Positions 20,286 to 30,173 of a DNA stretch of 64,000 bases are shown here, in pieces (the stretch's first letter is position 1; every line of letters starts with the position of its first letter). Below the pieces are notes generated by a model. That model was not told the origin of the DNA, ran no database searches, and saw nothing but the letters and a program-made list of their open reading frames with translations. This stretch comes from Candidatus Aminicenantales bacterium (GTDB lineage Bacteria > Acidobacteriota > Aminicenantia > Aminicenantales > UBA4085): assembly GCA_049515535.1 (NCBI GenBank), contig JBEKTZ010000003.1, forward strand, positions 248,001 through 312,000, given 5' to 3'. The position numbers were made by a program, and so were the translations under genes.

Positions 20286-22520
20286 ATGAAAAAATTGAAT
20301 GACCTGGCGTTGGCCATGATTGTCGGGCTGGCGGTTGTCTGGGGGATGGCGCCCGCCGTTGACGGACACCTCAATGACCTGCAGGCGAATCTTGCTACCG
20401 ATTCCAGCAAGCTCGCCGAACAGCATTTTGAAAAGGCGATCAAGCTGCTCAAGCAAGAAAATTTCCAGGACGCCATCGCTCAATACGAAGAGGTCATCAA
20501 GCTATCTCCGCAGAGCCAAATCGCCCAGGACGCCCAATACTGGATCGGACAATCATATTTCCGGATGGGAAATTATGACGAGGCCTTGTTGATATTTGGC
20601 AGGCTCCTTAAAGAAAACCTGGGAAGCGCCATCGTTCCCGTGACACAGCTGATGATGAGCCGTGTTCAGCAGGAGAAGGAGAACAAAGAGCTAAAAGTGA
20701 AAAGGGATGCGGCCTTGGATGAGAAGGTCATCATCGACCCAAAGACAGGCGCGACATATAGAAAAATTGAGTCACTGACAGGCAAAAAGGATGTGGTCGA
20801 AATGCCTAACGGACTCAACCTCTCGCCCAATGGCAAGTTTTTGCTCCAGGATGACATTGTCATTCCGCTGAAAGGCGAAGAACCTTTTGATCTAGTAGAC
20901 ACGGAGGCTTGGCGAGGTGTATGGTCTCCTGATGGCAAAAAAGTTGCCTTCTACTCAGGAGAAGCGATCTGCGTCGTTCCTGTTTCACCAGAGACAGGAA
21001 GGCCTACCGGCCCAGCGAAAAAGCTCCTCGATGGCAGATACAGGTTTATGTCTCCTGTGAGCTGGGCGCCCGATTCTGAAAGGATCGTCTTCATGAAAGC
21101 GGACGAAAAAACCCAGGGCGACATCTGGACTCTATCCCTAAAAGATGGGACACTCAACCAGATTACAGACGATCCTGAAGTGGAACTCAATGCTTCATGG
21201 TCTCCCGATGGCAAAACAATTGCCTACAACCGGAAAGATTCTGAGATCCGGGTCGTCTCCGCCAAAGGTGGCGAATCGAGGAAGATTGCCGACATCGCCT
21301 ACGGCCGCTCTATTTCCTGGTCGCCTGACGGCAAATGGCTTTTCATTGGAACCAACAGAAAGCGCCACCTCATCCGTTTAACTGATGAACACGTATTCGA
21401 CATAGATCCGCCCAAGGAAGTCGGGGGGGTCTTCTCCTGGTCGCCTAATGGAAAAAAGATGCTTTTCTACTACCCGTCTTACGATTACGCTGACGTCCTC
21501 AAAGTCGTGTCAGCCTCCGGCGGTCCCTCCTTCCAGCTCGGAAGAGAGCTCAAGCTTTGGCCTTATGTTCACTTCTGGTCTCCCGATAGCAAAACAATTA
21601 TCACGGAAGGGGCAGGCGATTCCACCTTCTGGATGATCCCTCTCGCAGGTGCTGCGGCTAGCCCATTGAAGTTAGATGTATCAGTCCAAGGTAAACTTCA
21701 TCCCCTTTCTTTGTCGCCCGACCGAGAGAGACTCCTTTTTTCTGCGGAGCAGGGTAACGGAAAGGAAAATCTCTATGTGGTTCCTATTTCATTGAAGGAG
21801 GCTCAGTCAACCGGGCCCGCCGTTTTGATTTTTAACGAGTGGGACTGTTGGCACGGCCTCAAGAATTGGTCATGGTCAGCCGATGGGAAAAAGCTGGCCG
21901 TGATCCATAAGAAGGATATCTGGGTTATGTCTGCCGAGAAAGGTAGGCCCGTCCAGATCACAAAAACCTCAGAAAGCGAAACTCTGCCGGAGTGGTCACC
22001 TAAAGGAGAGATGATCGTTTATATAGTTGAAGTAGAACAAGGGAAAGCAAACCTCCGGGTCATTTCTGCATCCGGCGGCGAGCCGACGAAAATATTGGAC
22101 AATTGTGATTATTGGTCTCATGCTTGGTCTCCCGAAGGCAATGAGCTTTTTGCCGAGTCCAAAGGGATGATCTTCGCTATCCCCATCGACGGCGGTAAAG
22201 CCCGGAAGATTCTTGATCTCAAGGAACAAGGTTTGGTAGCTGGAACTGTTGGGCTCAACTGGCTTCCAGACGGGAAGCACCTAGTTTTTATCGGTAAAAA
22301 GGAAGGGAAGGGGCCGACCCGGATATTCAGAGTTCCCGCCAAGAGGGGCAAAGTCGTGGAGCTTGCCTCTGATGACAACGACTGGAAGTATGTGATTTTT
22401 CCGTCTCCTGATGGAAAATGGATCTCTTATAATACGGAAGGATTTATCAAGACACGTCCCGAAGGATCTATCTGGGAGGTCGATGTGGAGGCCCTGCTCA
22501 AGAGCGGCAAAGAAAAATGA
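20286..22520 (+). CDS. Secreted TPR (BamD-like) + beta-propeller protein, paralog P4
   Basis: Signal peptide; 'AQDAQYWIGQSYFRMGNYDEA'; >10 WSPDG repeats; C-terminal 'SIWEVDV'. Confidence 0.85.
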   Translation: MKKLNDLALAMIVGLAVVWGMAPAVDGHLNDLQANLATDSSKLAEQHFEKAIKLLKQENFQDAIAQYEEVIKLSPQSQIAQDAQYWIGQSYFRMGNYDEALLIFGRLLKENLGSAIVPVTQLMMSRVQQEKENKELKVKRDAALDEKVIIDPKTGATYRKIESLTGKKDVVEMPNGLNLSPNGKFLLQDDIVIPLKGEEPFDLVDTEAWRGVWSPDGKKVAFYSGEAICVVPVSPETGRPTGPAKKLLDGRYRFMSPVSWAPDSERIVFMKADEKTQGDIWTLSLKDGTLNQITDDPEVELNASWSPDGKTIAYNRKDSEIRVVSAKGGESRKIADIAYGRSISWSPDGKWLFIGTNRKRHLIRLTDEHVFDIDPPKEVGGVFSWSPNGKKMLFYYPSYDYADVLKVVSASGGPSFQLGRELKLWPYVHFWSPDSKTIITEGAGDSTFWMIPLAGAAASPLKLDVSVQGKLHPLSLSPDRERLLFSAEQGNGKENLYVVPISLKEAQSTGPAVLIFNEWDCWHGLKNWSWSADGKKLAVIHKKDIWVMSAEKGRPVQITKTSESETLPEWSPKGEMIVYIVEVEQGKANLRVISASGGEPTKILDNCDYWSHAWSPEGNELFAESKGMIFAIPIDGGKARKILDLKEQGLVAGTVGLNWLPDGKHLVFIGKKEGKGPTRIFRVPAKRGKVVELASDDNDWKYVIFPSPDGKWISYNTEGFIKTRPEGSIWEVDVEALLKSGKEK

Positions 22521-22535
22521 AAGTGCCGTCAGCCC

Positions 22536-24710
22536 TCATAGAGCAGGTCGCCCCGATGGCGTCCGACCCGCGGATTTCTCCTTCGGCAAAAAGTTCTCCA
22601 TCACCCAGACCTGGGGTTGTTCAGGATTCGCGCCCATGGATGAAAAGGCGATGTGCTGTCCGTCGGGGTGGACACTCAAATGGCGGGGTTGAGCCATGGC
22701 CAGGTCGATTTTTTGTGCTTCTCCTCCTCCATCTACGGAGACGCGATAGAGATCCCACATATCTCCGGGGAACTTTTGTAGTTTAGAGAAATAGATATAG
22801 CGTCCGTCAGCGCTCCAGGCAGGCGTTATGATATGGTTTCCTTCCTGCTCGAAGCTGTATATTTCTCGAGGTTCTCCACCTGACGTCGGCATTATTCTTA
22901 TCAACCTTTTTTGTTCCCTGTTTAGAAGGACCAGCCATTTCCCGTCCGGAGAAATATCGATGTCATGCGCATTAGAAGGAGACCCGGAAAGCCGCTCTTC
23001 CTGACCGGTTTGAAAATTGTGGACGAAAACAGAAGATTTTTTTACGCCCGGATCGCCGACGGCATAGTAAAGCATCTTCCCGTCCTTGGACCACCGGTGT
23101 GAGAATATCTCCGTTCCCTTGTCGATCTGTACGATCGGGACAACATCGCCCGTTTGGACATCGACCCGGTAGATGCCCAGGCGGCCGTCCTGAGAGGCTC
23201 CCTCAACAGAAACGGAGCGGCCGTCGGGCGCCCAGCGAGGGTAACCAAACTTTCCCAGATCGGGGCCCAGCTCTTGGACCTGACCTGTTTTGAGAGTGAG
23301 AATGCCAAGGCCCTGGGAACGAACCGGCAGACTTCTCCGGCTGGAAATATAGGCCAACTGCTTGCCGTCAGGCGAATAGGCAGGGTAGGCGTTATGTCCC
23401 TCGTAAGGCAAACCGCTCTTTTTAGCCGGACTTAAAATTTTCCCTGTTTGCGGATCAATCCCAGCCACATAGACATCCGTAGCTCCGCCTCCCAGTCCGT
23501 AGAAAAGGGCCCCTTGGGAAGTGATTCCCAGCGGTTCGATCGGGCCGATGCTCGACTTGATCAACTGGGGGCTTCCCTGAGGTTTTCCTCCGGCGATCCG
23601 AATGAACCACATATCCTGGGTCCCTGTCCGGTCGCTATTGAACAGAAGACCTTCGCCGTTTGGCGCCCAGCCGATAACCGTGTCGAGGGCCGGATGTTCG
23701 ACCAACGGAATCTCCAGGCTGCCGTCCGCCGAAAGCAAAAAAATGTCCTTTTCCCCTGACACCTGATGAGCCGCCGAAGCGTCGTAAGCGATGTATTTCC
23801 CATCCGGCGAAAAAGCAAATCCCCACGGTACGGAGTTCACGGCACGAGTCTCGAAATGAGTTTTTAGGATCTTGACCGAACCATCTTCGGCGGAAACCAA
23901 GCCGAGCTGAATATCCTTTCCCTCAATTGGGGCCGGTCCACCGAAGAAGGCTGCCAAAACATGTTTTCCATCGGGCGACCAGTCAAAGGCCTGGACGTAA
24001 TCCTCCTTTTTTCGATTTCGATAGAGGACACGAGGAGTTGATTCCTTGATATCCATGACGCGCAATTCATAAATTTCATCCTTGTTGTACCATTGATAAA
24101 CGATCCGCCGGCTGTCAGGGGACCATTTCGAAAACAAGGCGAATTCCGGGGACTGCGTCCACGTGCCCTTGTTCGTCAGGCGCCGGTTTGTCGCTGTGGC
24201 GAGCTCTCGGATTGCCAAGTCACCCGTCTCCCAATCCACAAAAGAGAGATACCGGCCATCGGGAGAGACGGCTCCGGAGGTATCCACCACTCCCGACCCG
24301 GACCAGACCTGGCGGAGGTGGAATTCCTTATCGCCTTTCGCCGCCAGCGTTTGAGCCTTAAAAAACAAGGCCAGCTTGGCCTGGGCCGCCTTCACGGCCT
24401 CGCTTTGTTCCGGATAGTCCTCCACGACTTTCTGAAACGCCTCCTGGGCCTGCTTCAGTCCCAATTTTTCGTAGCAGAGGCCGAGGTGGAGCTGGGCTTT
24501 GGCCGCCAGCGGACGGTTGCCCGGAAACTCCGCGAGGAGCTTTTTGTACGTTTCGATCGCCGCCTCGAGGTTCCCCTCCACCTCTTCCTGATGGAGCGCT
24601 GCTCCGAGAAGGACGTCCGCGGACTGGGATTTCTGGGCCGCCGTGTTCGTCGGCGACAGGACGATGGACAGGGCCAGAGCGATCAGCGAAAAAATAGTCG
24701 ATTTTTTCAT
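22536..24710 (-). CDS. Secreted TPR + beta-propeller protein, paralog P5
   Basis: MKKSTIF.. with RBS GGAGG; 'EEVEGNLEAAIETYKK..LGLCYEKLG'; SPDG repeats; 'QVWVMENFLP'. Confidence 0.88.
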   Translation of the reverse strand: MKKSTIFSLIALALSIVLSPTNTAAQKSQSADVLLGAALHQEEVEGNLEAAIETYKKLLAEFPGNRPLAAKAQLHLGLCYEKLGLKQAQEAFQKVVEDYPEQSEAVKAAQAKLALFFKAQTLAAKGDKEFHLRQVWSGSGVVDTSGAVSPDGRYLSFVDWETGDLAIRELATATNRRLTNKGTWTQSPEFALFSKWSPDSRRIVYQWYNKDEIYELRVMDIKESTPRVLYRNRKKEDYVQAFDWSPDGKHVLAAFFGGPAPIEGKDIQLGLVSAEDGSVKILKTHFETRAVNSVPWGFAFSPDGKYIAYDASAAHQVSGEKDIFLLSADGSLEIPLVEHPALDTVIGWAPNGEGLLFNSDRTGTQDMWFIRIAGGKPQGSPQLIKSSIGPIEPLGITSQGALFYGLGGGATDVYVAGIDPQTGKILSPAKKSGLPYEGHNAYPAYSPDGKQLAYISSRRSLPVRSQGLGILTLKTGQVQELGPDLGKFGYPRWAPDGRSVSVEGASQDGRLGIYRVDVQTGDVVPIVQIDKGTEIFSHRWSKDGKMLYYAVGDPGVKKSSVFVHNFQTGQEERLSGSPSNAHDIDISPDGKWLVLLNREQKRLIRIMPTSGGEPREIYSFEQEGNHIITPAWSADGRYIYFSKLQKFPGDMWDLYRVSVDGGGEAQKIDLAMAQPRHLSVHPDGQHIAFSSMGANPEQPQVWVMENFLPKEKSAGRTPSGRPAL

Positions 24711-24734
24711 CTTGCACCTCCTGACTTCAAGGAC

Positions 24735-24800
24735 ATAATGAGGCAAGTGCGACTTCTTTGCTCCAAGCCCAGGTCAAGCCTGTGACAAGTTTCGGTCAAG
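24735..24800 (-). promoter_or_regulatory. Four 11-bp period boxes and -10 for P5
   Basis: CAAG at 24764/24775/24786/24797 (GGTCAAG consensus); minus-strand CATTAT 20 nt after the last box. Confidence 0.7.
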
Positions 24801-24823
24801 ACGGCCCTCCCGCTCAGGCGCCT

Positions 24824-25507
24824 TCAACCATCGAACCGGTACCCGATGCCTCGGACGCCGATCAGAAATCGCGGTTTTTGGGGATTCTCCTCCAGCTTGT
24901 TGCGGAGGTTATTGACATGGGTGTAGACGACCCGGTCCGTCAGGACGGCGTCGCGGCCCCACACCTCTCCGAGCAGGTCGTCGATCGTCAGAACCCGGCC
25001 GCGGTGTTCCAGGAAAACCCGTAGGAGCTTGAACTCCATGGCGGTCAGATCGATCTTCTTGCCCTGTCGCGAGACCTCACATCGGCCGATGTCGACAGTG
25101 ACGTCGCCGAAACGATAAACCGCGCCTGGTTCCGAGCCGTTTTGGGAGCGGCGCAGGACAGCCTTGATGCGGGCGAGGAGCTCGCGCCGGCTGAAGGGTT
25201 TGGTGACGTAGTCGTCCGCCCCGAGCTCGAGGCCCACGACTTTGTCCACCTCCTGCCCTTTGGCCGTGAGCATGATGATCGGAGTGCGGTCGCCCTTCAA
25301 ACGGGCTTCGCGGCATACGGTGAAGCCGTCCATCCCGGGCAGCATCAGGTCGAGCAGGATGAGGTCGAACTTTCCTTCGAGGATCCGGCTCAAGGCCGCC
25401 GTGCCGTCCTCGGCGACTTCCACGGCGAATCCCTCGATCTCCAAGTCGTCCCGAAGGCCCGTCGCGATCGTCGGCTCGTCCTCCACGACCAGAATGCGTT
25501 CGTTCAT
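24824..25507 (-). CDS. OmpR-family response regulator RR3
   Basis: MNERILVVEDE; 'LLDLMLPGMDG'; 'GADDYVTKPF'; 'GYRFDG'. Confidence 0.95.
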   Translation of the reverse strand: MNERILVVEDEPTIATGLRDDLEIEGFAVEVAEDGTAALSRILEGKFDLILLDLMLPGMDGFTVCREARLKGDRTPIIMLTAKGQEVDKVVGLELGADDYVTKPFSRRELLARIKAVLRRSQNGSEPGAVYRFGDVTVDIGRCEVSRQGKKIDLTAMEFKLLRVFLEHRGRVLTIDDLLGEVWGRDAVLTDRVVYTHVNNLRNKLEENPQKPRFLIGVRGIGYRFDG

Positions 25508-25508
25508 C

Positions 25509-27617
25509 TCATCCTCCTCCCCTGACCGGCACGGCCGGAAGCCGGATGGTGAAGATGCTGCCTTCGCCAACCCGGCTCTGGCATTCGACCGTGCCGCCGT
25601 GGGCCGTCACGACATGCTTGACGAGGCTGAGCCCGAGCCCAGCCCCCTTGATCCGCTTCGAAATTTCGCCTTCGGCCCGGTAGAACCGGTCGAAGATGCG
25701 CTTCCGGTCGTGTTCGGAAATGCCGACTCCCTTGTCCCGGACAGAGATCTTGACTGCGTCGCCCTCGGCCCCGGCGTCGAGCCAGACGGTCTTCGAGCCG
25801 GGCGAGTACTTCACCGCGTTGTCGAGGAGGTTGCGGACCGCGGATCCCAGGGCTTCTTTGTCGGCGGAGATCGGGGGAAGTCCGTCCTGGATGTCCGCTT
25901 CAACCGCCACTCCGTTCGCGGCGATCTCGGTCACGAAATCTGCGACCAGCGTTCGCAGCCACGGGGAAGGGTCGAGCGGCTCGAACCGGTATTCCCTGCG
26001 GCCTTCTTCCATCCGGGAAAAGTCGAGGATGTTTTCGACGAGGCGGGACAGCCGGTCGCTCTCCTGGACGATCATTTTGAAATAGCCTCGCTGCTTCTCC
26101 GGGTCAGTCACGCGCCCGTCGAGCAGCATCCCGCCAAGTTGTCGGATCCCCGTCAGGGGGGAGCGGAATTCGTGGGAGACCGTCGAGACGAAGTCCGCCC
26201 GCAACCTGGCGATTTCGAGTTCCCTCTTGACGATCCGGACCGTGAGGTAGCCCCCGAAGACAAGCAGGACCGTGACGAAACCCAGCATCGTCAGGGATAG
26301 AGTTCGTCTTTGCCTGATGTCCGCATAAATCGCCTCCGGCCGGCCGGGCCAGATCTGAAGAAGCCACGGTGTGTCGTCGATCCGGAGGTCGCGCGTCACG
26401 GCGAAGGGAGGTGCCGCCGGGGGCGGTGATCCGAAAACCGCGGAGCCGTCGGCGGCATACAGGACGGCCTCGAGGTCCTCCCCCCGGGTCAAGGGACGAG
26501 CCTTCGCGGCGGAGGTGGACCCCCGGGCAAAGCCCGGGGCCCCGGCCGCCGTCGAAAAGATCCGGGGCCACCAACGCGACCCCAGGACGTCTGCGGAGAC
26601 GAGGACCGCGGCGAACGGATCGGTGTTCCGGAAAGCGAGGTACGCAATGTCTTCACCGGGAAGGACCGTTCGGGGATCTTTCAGGAAGTCCTCGGCGGCG
26701 CGGGATAGAGCCAACCTACGCCCCTCGGTCGCATAGAGGCTGTTGAATTCGCCGGCCTCGACTCGGCTGTCCCGGCACCAGGTCCGGCCGAGATCGGAAT
26801 AATAGAGGTAACGTGGCTTGTCGAGAAGCCATTTCCCCGTCGCCAGATCCCGATAGAAGGCCATGGCTTCCTGGGCAAGGTCAGCCGCATTGCCGCGCTC
26901 GGAGGCCAGGGAACAAAGCTCGGCCTGGGCGATGAGGTCCGACGGCAGCCCCCCGATCCAAACCGCGTCCAAGCGCCGGAGGTCCCGGTAAGCGCCGGCA
27001 GCCTCCTCGAGCCTGCCAGCTTTGCGGAGCGTCCGGGCCAGGCGCTGGAGGATCAGTGGCTGCGACCCGGCAGCGGCCGAATCGAGCAGGTTTCGGTACG
27101 CTCGGATGGCTCTCGGATAGTCTTTTCGAGCGATCTCCAGGGACTCGGCTTCGGCCAGGCCGGCGGGCGGTCGACTTGGCGCAGTTTGGGCCGGAGCGGG
27201 GCTCCGTGAGACATACAACAGAGCACCAGGGGGGAACACCTCGAGCCTTTCATCGGATATGGACAGAAACACGCCGCCTCCCGGTTCCGAGAAGGCTTGC
27301 CCGACAATCTCCGGAAAGGAGTTGACATCGAGTGGCCTCTTCAGCGAAGCAGCCGACCGCACCGCATCGTTCCACCGCCGGAACTCCGAATCCAAGTCGC
27401 GGCCGATTTCTTCCGCGGTTATTTCCAGTCTCTCGCGCGTTCGCTGCCTGGCGAGTTGGCTCTCCTGGCGCAGCACGCGCAGCGCGAAAACGCCGAGGAA
27501 CGCGCCCGGGAGCAGGATGAAAAGGGCGAAGACTCCGACGAGTCTCTGGCCAGGGCCCCGGAGGAAGCGCGGCCAGGCTGGACGGCGAAGCGAAGAATTC
27601 GGCATTCGGTCACCCAT
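25509..27617 (-). CDS. Sensor histidine kinase HK3 with periplasmic TPR domain (carries a 21-aa in-frame repeat insertion)
   Basis: 'LQRLARTLRKAGRLEEA', 'VSHEFRSPL', 'NLLDNAVKYS', 'GAGLGL'. Confidence 0.93.
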   Translation of the reverse strand: MGDRMPNSSLRRPAWPRFLRGPGQRLVGVFALFILLPGAFLGVFALRVLRQESQLARQRTRERLEITAEEIGRDLDSEFRRWNDAVRSAASLKRPLDVNSFPEIVGQAFSEPGGGVFLSISDERLEVFPPGALLYVSRSPAPAQTAPSRPPAGLAEAESLEIARKDYPRAIRAYRNLLDSAAAGSQPLILQRLARTLRKAGRLEEAAGAYRDLRRLDAVWIGGLPSDLIAQAELCSLASERGNAADLAQEAMAFYRDLATGKWLLDKPRYLYYSDLGRTWCRDSRVEAGEFNSLYATEGRRLALSRAAEDFLKDPRTVLPGEDIAYLAFRNTDPFAAVLVSADVLGSRWWPRIFSTAAGAPGFARGSTSAAKARPLTRGEDLEAVLYAADGSAVFGSPPPAAPPFAVTRDLRIDDTPWLLQIWPGRPEAIYADIRQRRTLSLTMLGFVTVLLVFGGYLTVRIVKRELEIARLRADFVSTVSHEFRSPLTGIRQLGGMLLDGRVTDPEKQRGYFKMIVQESDRLSRLVENILDFSRMEEGRREYRFEPLDPSPWLRTLVADFVTEIAANGVAVEADIQDGLPPISADKEALGSAVRNLLDNAVKYSPGSKTVWLDAGAEGDAVKISVRDKGVGISEHDRKRIFDRFYRAEGEISKRIKGAGLGLSLVKHVVTAHGGTVECQSRVGEGSIFTIRLPAVPVRGGG
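26491..26553 (-). repeat. 63-bp GC-rich REP/MITE-like element inserted in frame in HK3
   Basis: Near-identical (1 mismatch) inverted copy at 27793-27854; 29-bp partial copy at 53034-53062; internal hairpin CCCCGGGC-TTT-GCCCGGGG; GTC at 26488-26490 and 26551-26553. Confidence 0.8.
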
Positions 27618-27660
27618 CGTCTAGAGTAACACCTCACCAGGAAAGATTTCACCCGCGGCG

Positions 27661-27692
27661 GGTCAAGATTCGGTCAAGATTCGGTTAAGACC
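27661..27692 (-). promoter_or_regulatory. Tandem 11-bp boxes upstream of HK3
   Basis: GGTCAAGATTC GGTCAAGATTC GGTTAAGAC: same GGTCAAG core as the P5 boxes. Confidence 0.75.
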
Positions 27693-27792
27693 AGCATATC
27701 GCCTGCCGCGAGGGGGTGTCAAGGAAAGTCCTGCATGTGTCACCAATCGTCACCGGCAACAGAGGTGCAGCAAGGCGCAAGGCAGGCGCCGC

Positions 27793-27854
27793 GACGGCGG
27801 CCGGGGCCCCGGGCTTTGCCCGGGGGTCCACTTCCGCCGCGAAGGCTCGTCCCT
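27793..27854 (+). repeat. Second copy of the 63-bp element
   Basis: GACGGCGGCCGGGGCCCCGGGCTTTGCCCGGGGGTCCACTTCCGCCGCGAAGGCTCGTCCCT. Confidence 0.8.
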
Positions 27855-27857
27855 CGG

Positions 27858-28189
27858 CCTCACGTGGGCCGAAAGCAATGGACAGAGCATGATCACCGGG
27901 ATCGAATAGGACCGGAAGACGATTCTCGATTTCCGAAAGACCCAGATCAAGGGACGTGACGATCAGATCGGCCACGCGTTCGAGCCGTTCCTGGATACGC
28001 TGGCTCTCCAACGCCCGGTCCTGCTCCAGCAGACGCCAACTCAGCCAAACCAAGGCAGACACCGAAACGACCGAGACCGCCATAAACAGGACCAGAACAT
28101 TGCGCGGCGGCCGCAACTTAGAGTGATGCATCCCTACCTCCCGGGACTGTCGCGGTTCAATTATAGCCGCGAGCGCCACAATTGTCATA
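27858..28189 (-). pseudogene. Truncated duplicate of the HK2 promoter and 5' end
   Basis: Near-identical to 14458-14789 (offset 13400, few substitutions); similarity stops at the 63-bp element. Confidence 0.9.
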
Positions 28190-28329
28190 GGGGATTTGGA
28201 AACCGAGCTAAGGAAAGTCTCTTTCCAGAAATGTCGCTATATATTCTTGTCACCGCCGGCGTTTCTCGGTCTTTTGTCGTTCCGCCGCTGCGGCAAGATG
28301 GCCCAGGTCGTCGGATAAGGGAACGGTGG

Positions 28330-28500
28330 TCATGTTTTTTTGTGATGACTCCGAATATCGACCGTTCTTCGTCCGAAAATGCGAATGCGCAGAGCGTGGA
28401 CGATCTTGAGCCTTTGATCGGGCGTCATCGAGATGCCGTCTTGGATCTCGGCTTTTTCCGCTTCTTTGAAGTTTTTAAAAACGCGTACTCGCTGAATCAT
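28330..28500 (-). CDS. 56-aa small protein, possible antitoxin-like partner of a decayed nucleotidyltransferase
   Basis: Hand-translated MIQRVRVFKNFKEAEKAEIQDGISMTPDQRLKIVHALRIRIFGRRTVDIRSHHKKT; ATGA-coupled to a short truncated ORF 'MTTVPLSDD..'. Confidence 0.4.
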   Translation of the reverse strand: MIQRVRVFKNFKEAEKAEIQDGISMTPDQRLKIVHALRIRIFGRRTVDIRSHHKKT

Positions 28501-28569
28501 GGTCCTATCACATTTCTTGTAATGATTATAACAGACGCCGAAAAATCAGTCGAGCGCTTCGAATGAAGC

Positions 28570-28616
28570 AAAAGGGGACGATTCTATTTTCTTGAAAAAT
28601 AGAACCGTCCCCTTTT
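28570..28616. repeat. GGGGAC/GTCCCC hairpin family copy 3
   Basis: AAAAGGGGACGATTCTATTTT-CTTG-AAAATAGAACCGTCCCCTTTT, closely similar to 9425-9471. Confidence 0.7.
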
Positions 28617-28672
28617 TTAAATACGTGAGAGGAGCTGTTGAAAGCTCCGCTATCTCTTCGCCTTAATGACGG

Positions 28673-30040
28673 CTATTTGCCCTGGCTTTTAGGCACCTTA
28701 ACCGTCACGATCCCGGTCGCCTTGTTGCCTGCCGCGTCGCGACACTCTATAGTGATCGTATAAATCCGTCCAGCGCCGTTCCCCGAACGTTCAGCCCGGA
28801 GGTTGAGAGTTAACGGTCCAGTAATGAGCCAATCGGGAGCAGTATCTCCATCCCCAAGCCCATCCACCGGCTCATTGCTTCTCACGTCGATGATTTGGCT
28901 TATTACCGTCGGACTGCAGTTATCGATCGCTGATATAATGATGAAAACCGGAACCATCTTATGATTCGCAGGCCAAAGCGAATTGGGATCGGCAGCGAGA
29001 GAAGTGATACTAGGGGGAGTATCGTCATAAACAGTGATCTTGGCCGAGCAGGAGGCTTCCGCTCCATGCGTATCGGTTACGGTCAGCGTGACGAGTGTAT
29101 CGCCTAAAGGATAAGGGCCAGCAGGAGAAATAGCATAGGCTAAAGGATCGCCATCCGGATCATATGATCCATGATCAATCGCTCCGGGCGTCACTTCGGC
29201 TTGGCATTGCTCGCCGGCGGGAACAATAATGTCCCGGCAGAGTGCGACGGGGGGTTGGTTCTCCATAATTCCTGGCTCGACGTATATATAATCCCAGTCC
29301 ACGTAAGAACCGGCGGCATTATAAAGGGCCATGTCTATAATTGCCCTTTGTGTTGTCGTGACTGGCTCAGTAAGTGAAGCTGAAAAAGCAGTAGTATAGT
29401 TGATCCCATCATTACTGAAACGCACAGTAATTTCTTCTCCATTCCTTGTAATTTCATACCAGTAATTTTCCCTAACCCAGCCATCATTTCCGATTGGGGA
29501 AGGCGTGCCGTCGAAACGTGCTACCTCCACACCATTACGAACAAGTCCCATGGTAAGGCCGTTATAGCCATACCACCAATCCACACCACGATAGATTTGA
29601 ATGTACTCATTTGCACCTTCACCGAAAGCAATGTAGAAGTACTGATATTGGCCACCAGTAGAATAGCCAACATAGGCATGGAGATTATAATTTACCTTTG
29701 TTTTTAATATCCAATTTCCTCCATCAAATTGACGAAGCAGAGTTAAGCTCGGTTTCCAGTACGACGGCCAACCAGATCCAGATGTCGGTGTCCAGCCACC
29801 ATTATATCCCAACCAACCTGTAAGGTAATACCTTAAATACCCCGGGTTGTCGGTTAGGGAATATCCTCCAAGCCAAGGAAAAGGCTGGACCACCTGCCAT
29901 GCTGGATCTAATAGAGGATTTGAGAAATCTTCTTTAAAAATTTGGGCATAAACAGATCCAGGCGACATTGATAAAATAACCACAATTAACATCGCTCCTG
30001 ACATTACACCCAACCGTAGGCTCTTCACTTTCTTTTTCAT
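28673..30040 (-). CDS. Secreted protein: ConA/lectin-like beta-sandwich + HYR/Ig-like C-terminal domains
   Basis: Signal peptide ..VYA-Q; 'YSLTDNPGYLR', 'YEITRNGEEITVRFSNDGINYT', 'NQPPVALC', 'SYDPDGDPL', 'LWPANHKMVPV..LRAERSGNGAGRIYTIT'. Confidence 0.65.
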   Translation of the reverse strand: MKKKVKSLRLGVMSGAMLIVVILSMSPGSVYAQIFKEDFSNPLLDPAWQVVQPFPWLGGYSLTDNPGYLRYYLTGWLGYNGGWTPTSGSGWPSYWKPSLTLLRQFDGGNWILKTKVNYNLHAYVGYSTGGQYQYFYIAFGEGANEYIQIYRGVDWWYGYNGLTMGLVRNGVEVARFDGTPSPIGNDGWVRENYWYEITRNGEEITVRFSNDGINYTTAFSASLTEPVTTTQRAIIDMALYNAAGSYVDWDYIYVEPGIMENQPPVALCRDIIVPAGEQCQAEVTPGAIDHGSYDPDGDPLAYAISPAGPYPLGDTLVTLTVTDTHGAEASCSAKITVYDDTPPSITSLAADPNSLWPANHKMVPVFIIISAIDNCSPTVISQIIDVRSNEPVDGLGDGDTAPDWLITGPLTLNLRAERSGNGAGRIYTITIECRDAAGNKATGIVTVKVPKSQGK

Positions 30041-30110
30041 TTTCTTTTCTCCTTAAAATAAAAAGGGCTTTTTATCATGATGTCCTTATTTTTCAATTTG
30101 ATTTCCCACT

Positions 30111-30173
30111 GCCCATTATGTTACGGCTCCATTGTCAGGATCGTATCACGCTATTGTCACGATTGGGTTTTAT
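30111..30173 (-). promoter_or_regulatory. Copy of the P6 promoter with 11-bp boxes
   Basis: TGTCAG(30133), TATCAC(30144), TGTCAC(30155); alignable to 32459-32522. Confidence 0.7.

Noticed and set aside
27661..27692. Tandem 11-bp repeats as CRISPR or VNTR
   Set aside because: Too short, no spacers, no cas genes; position and period fit OmpR-family operators
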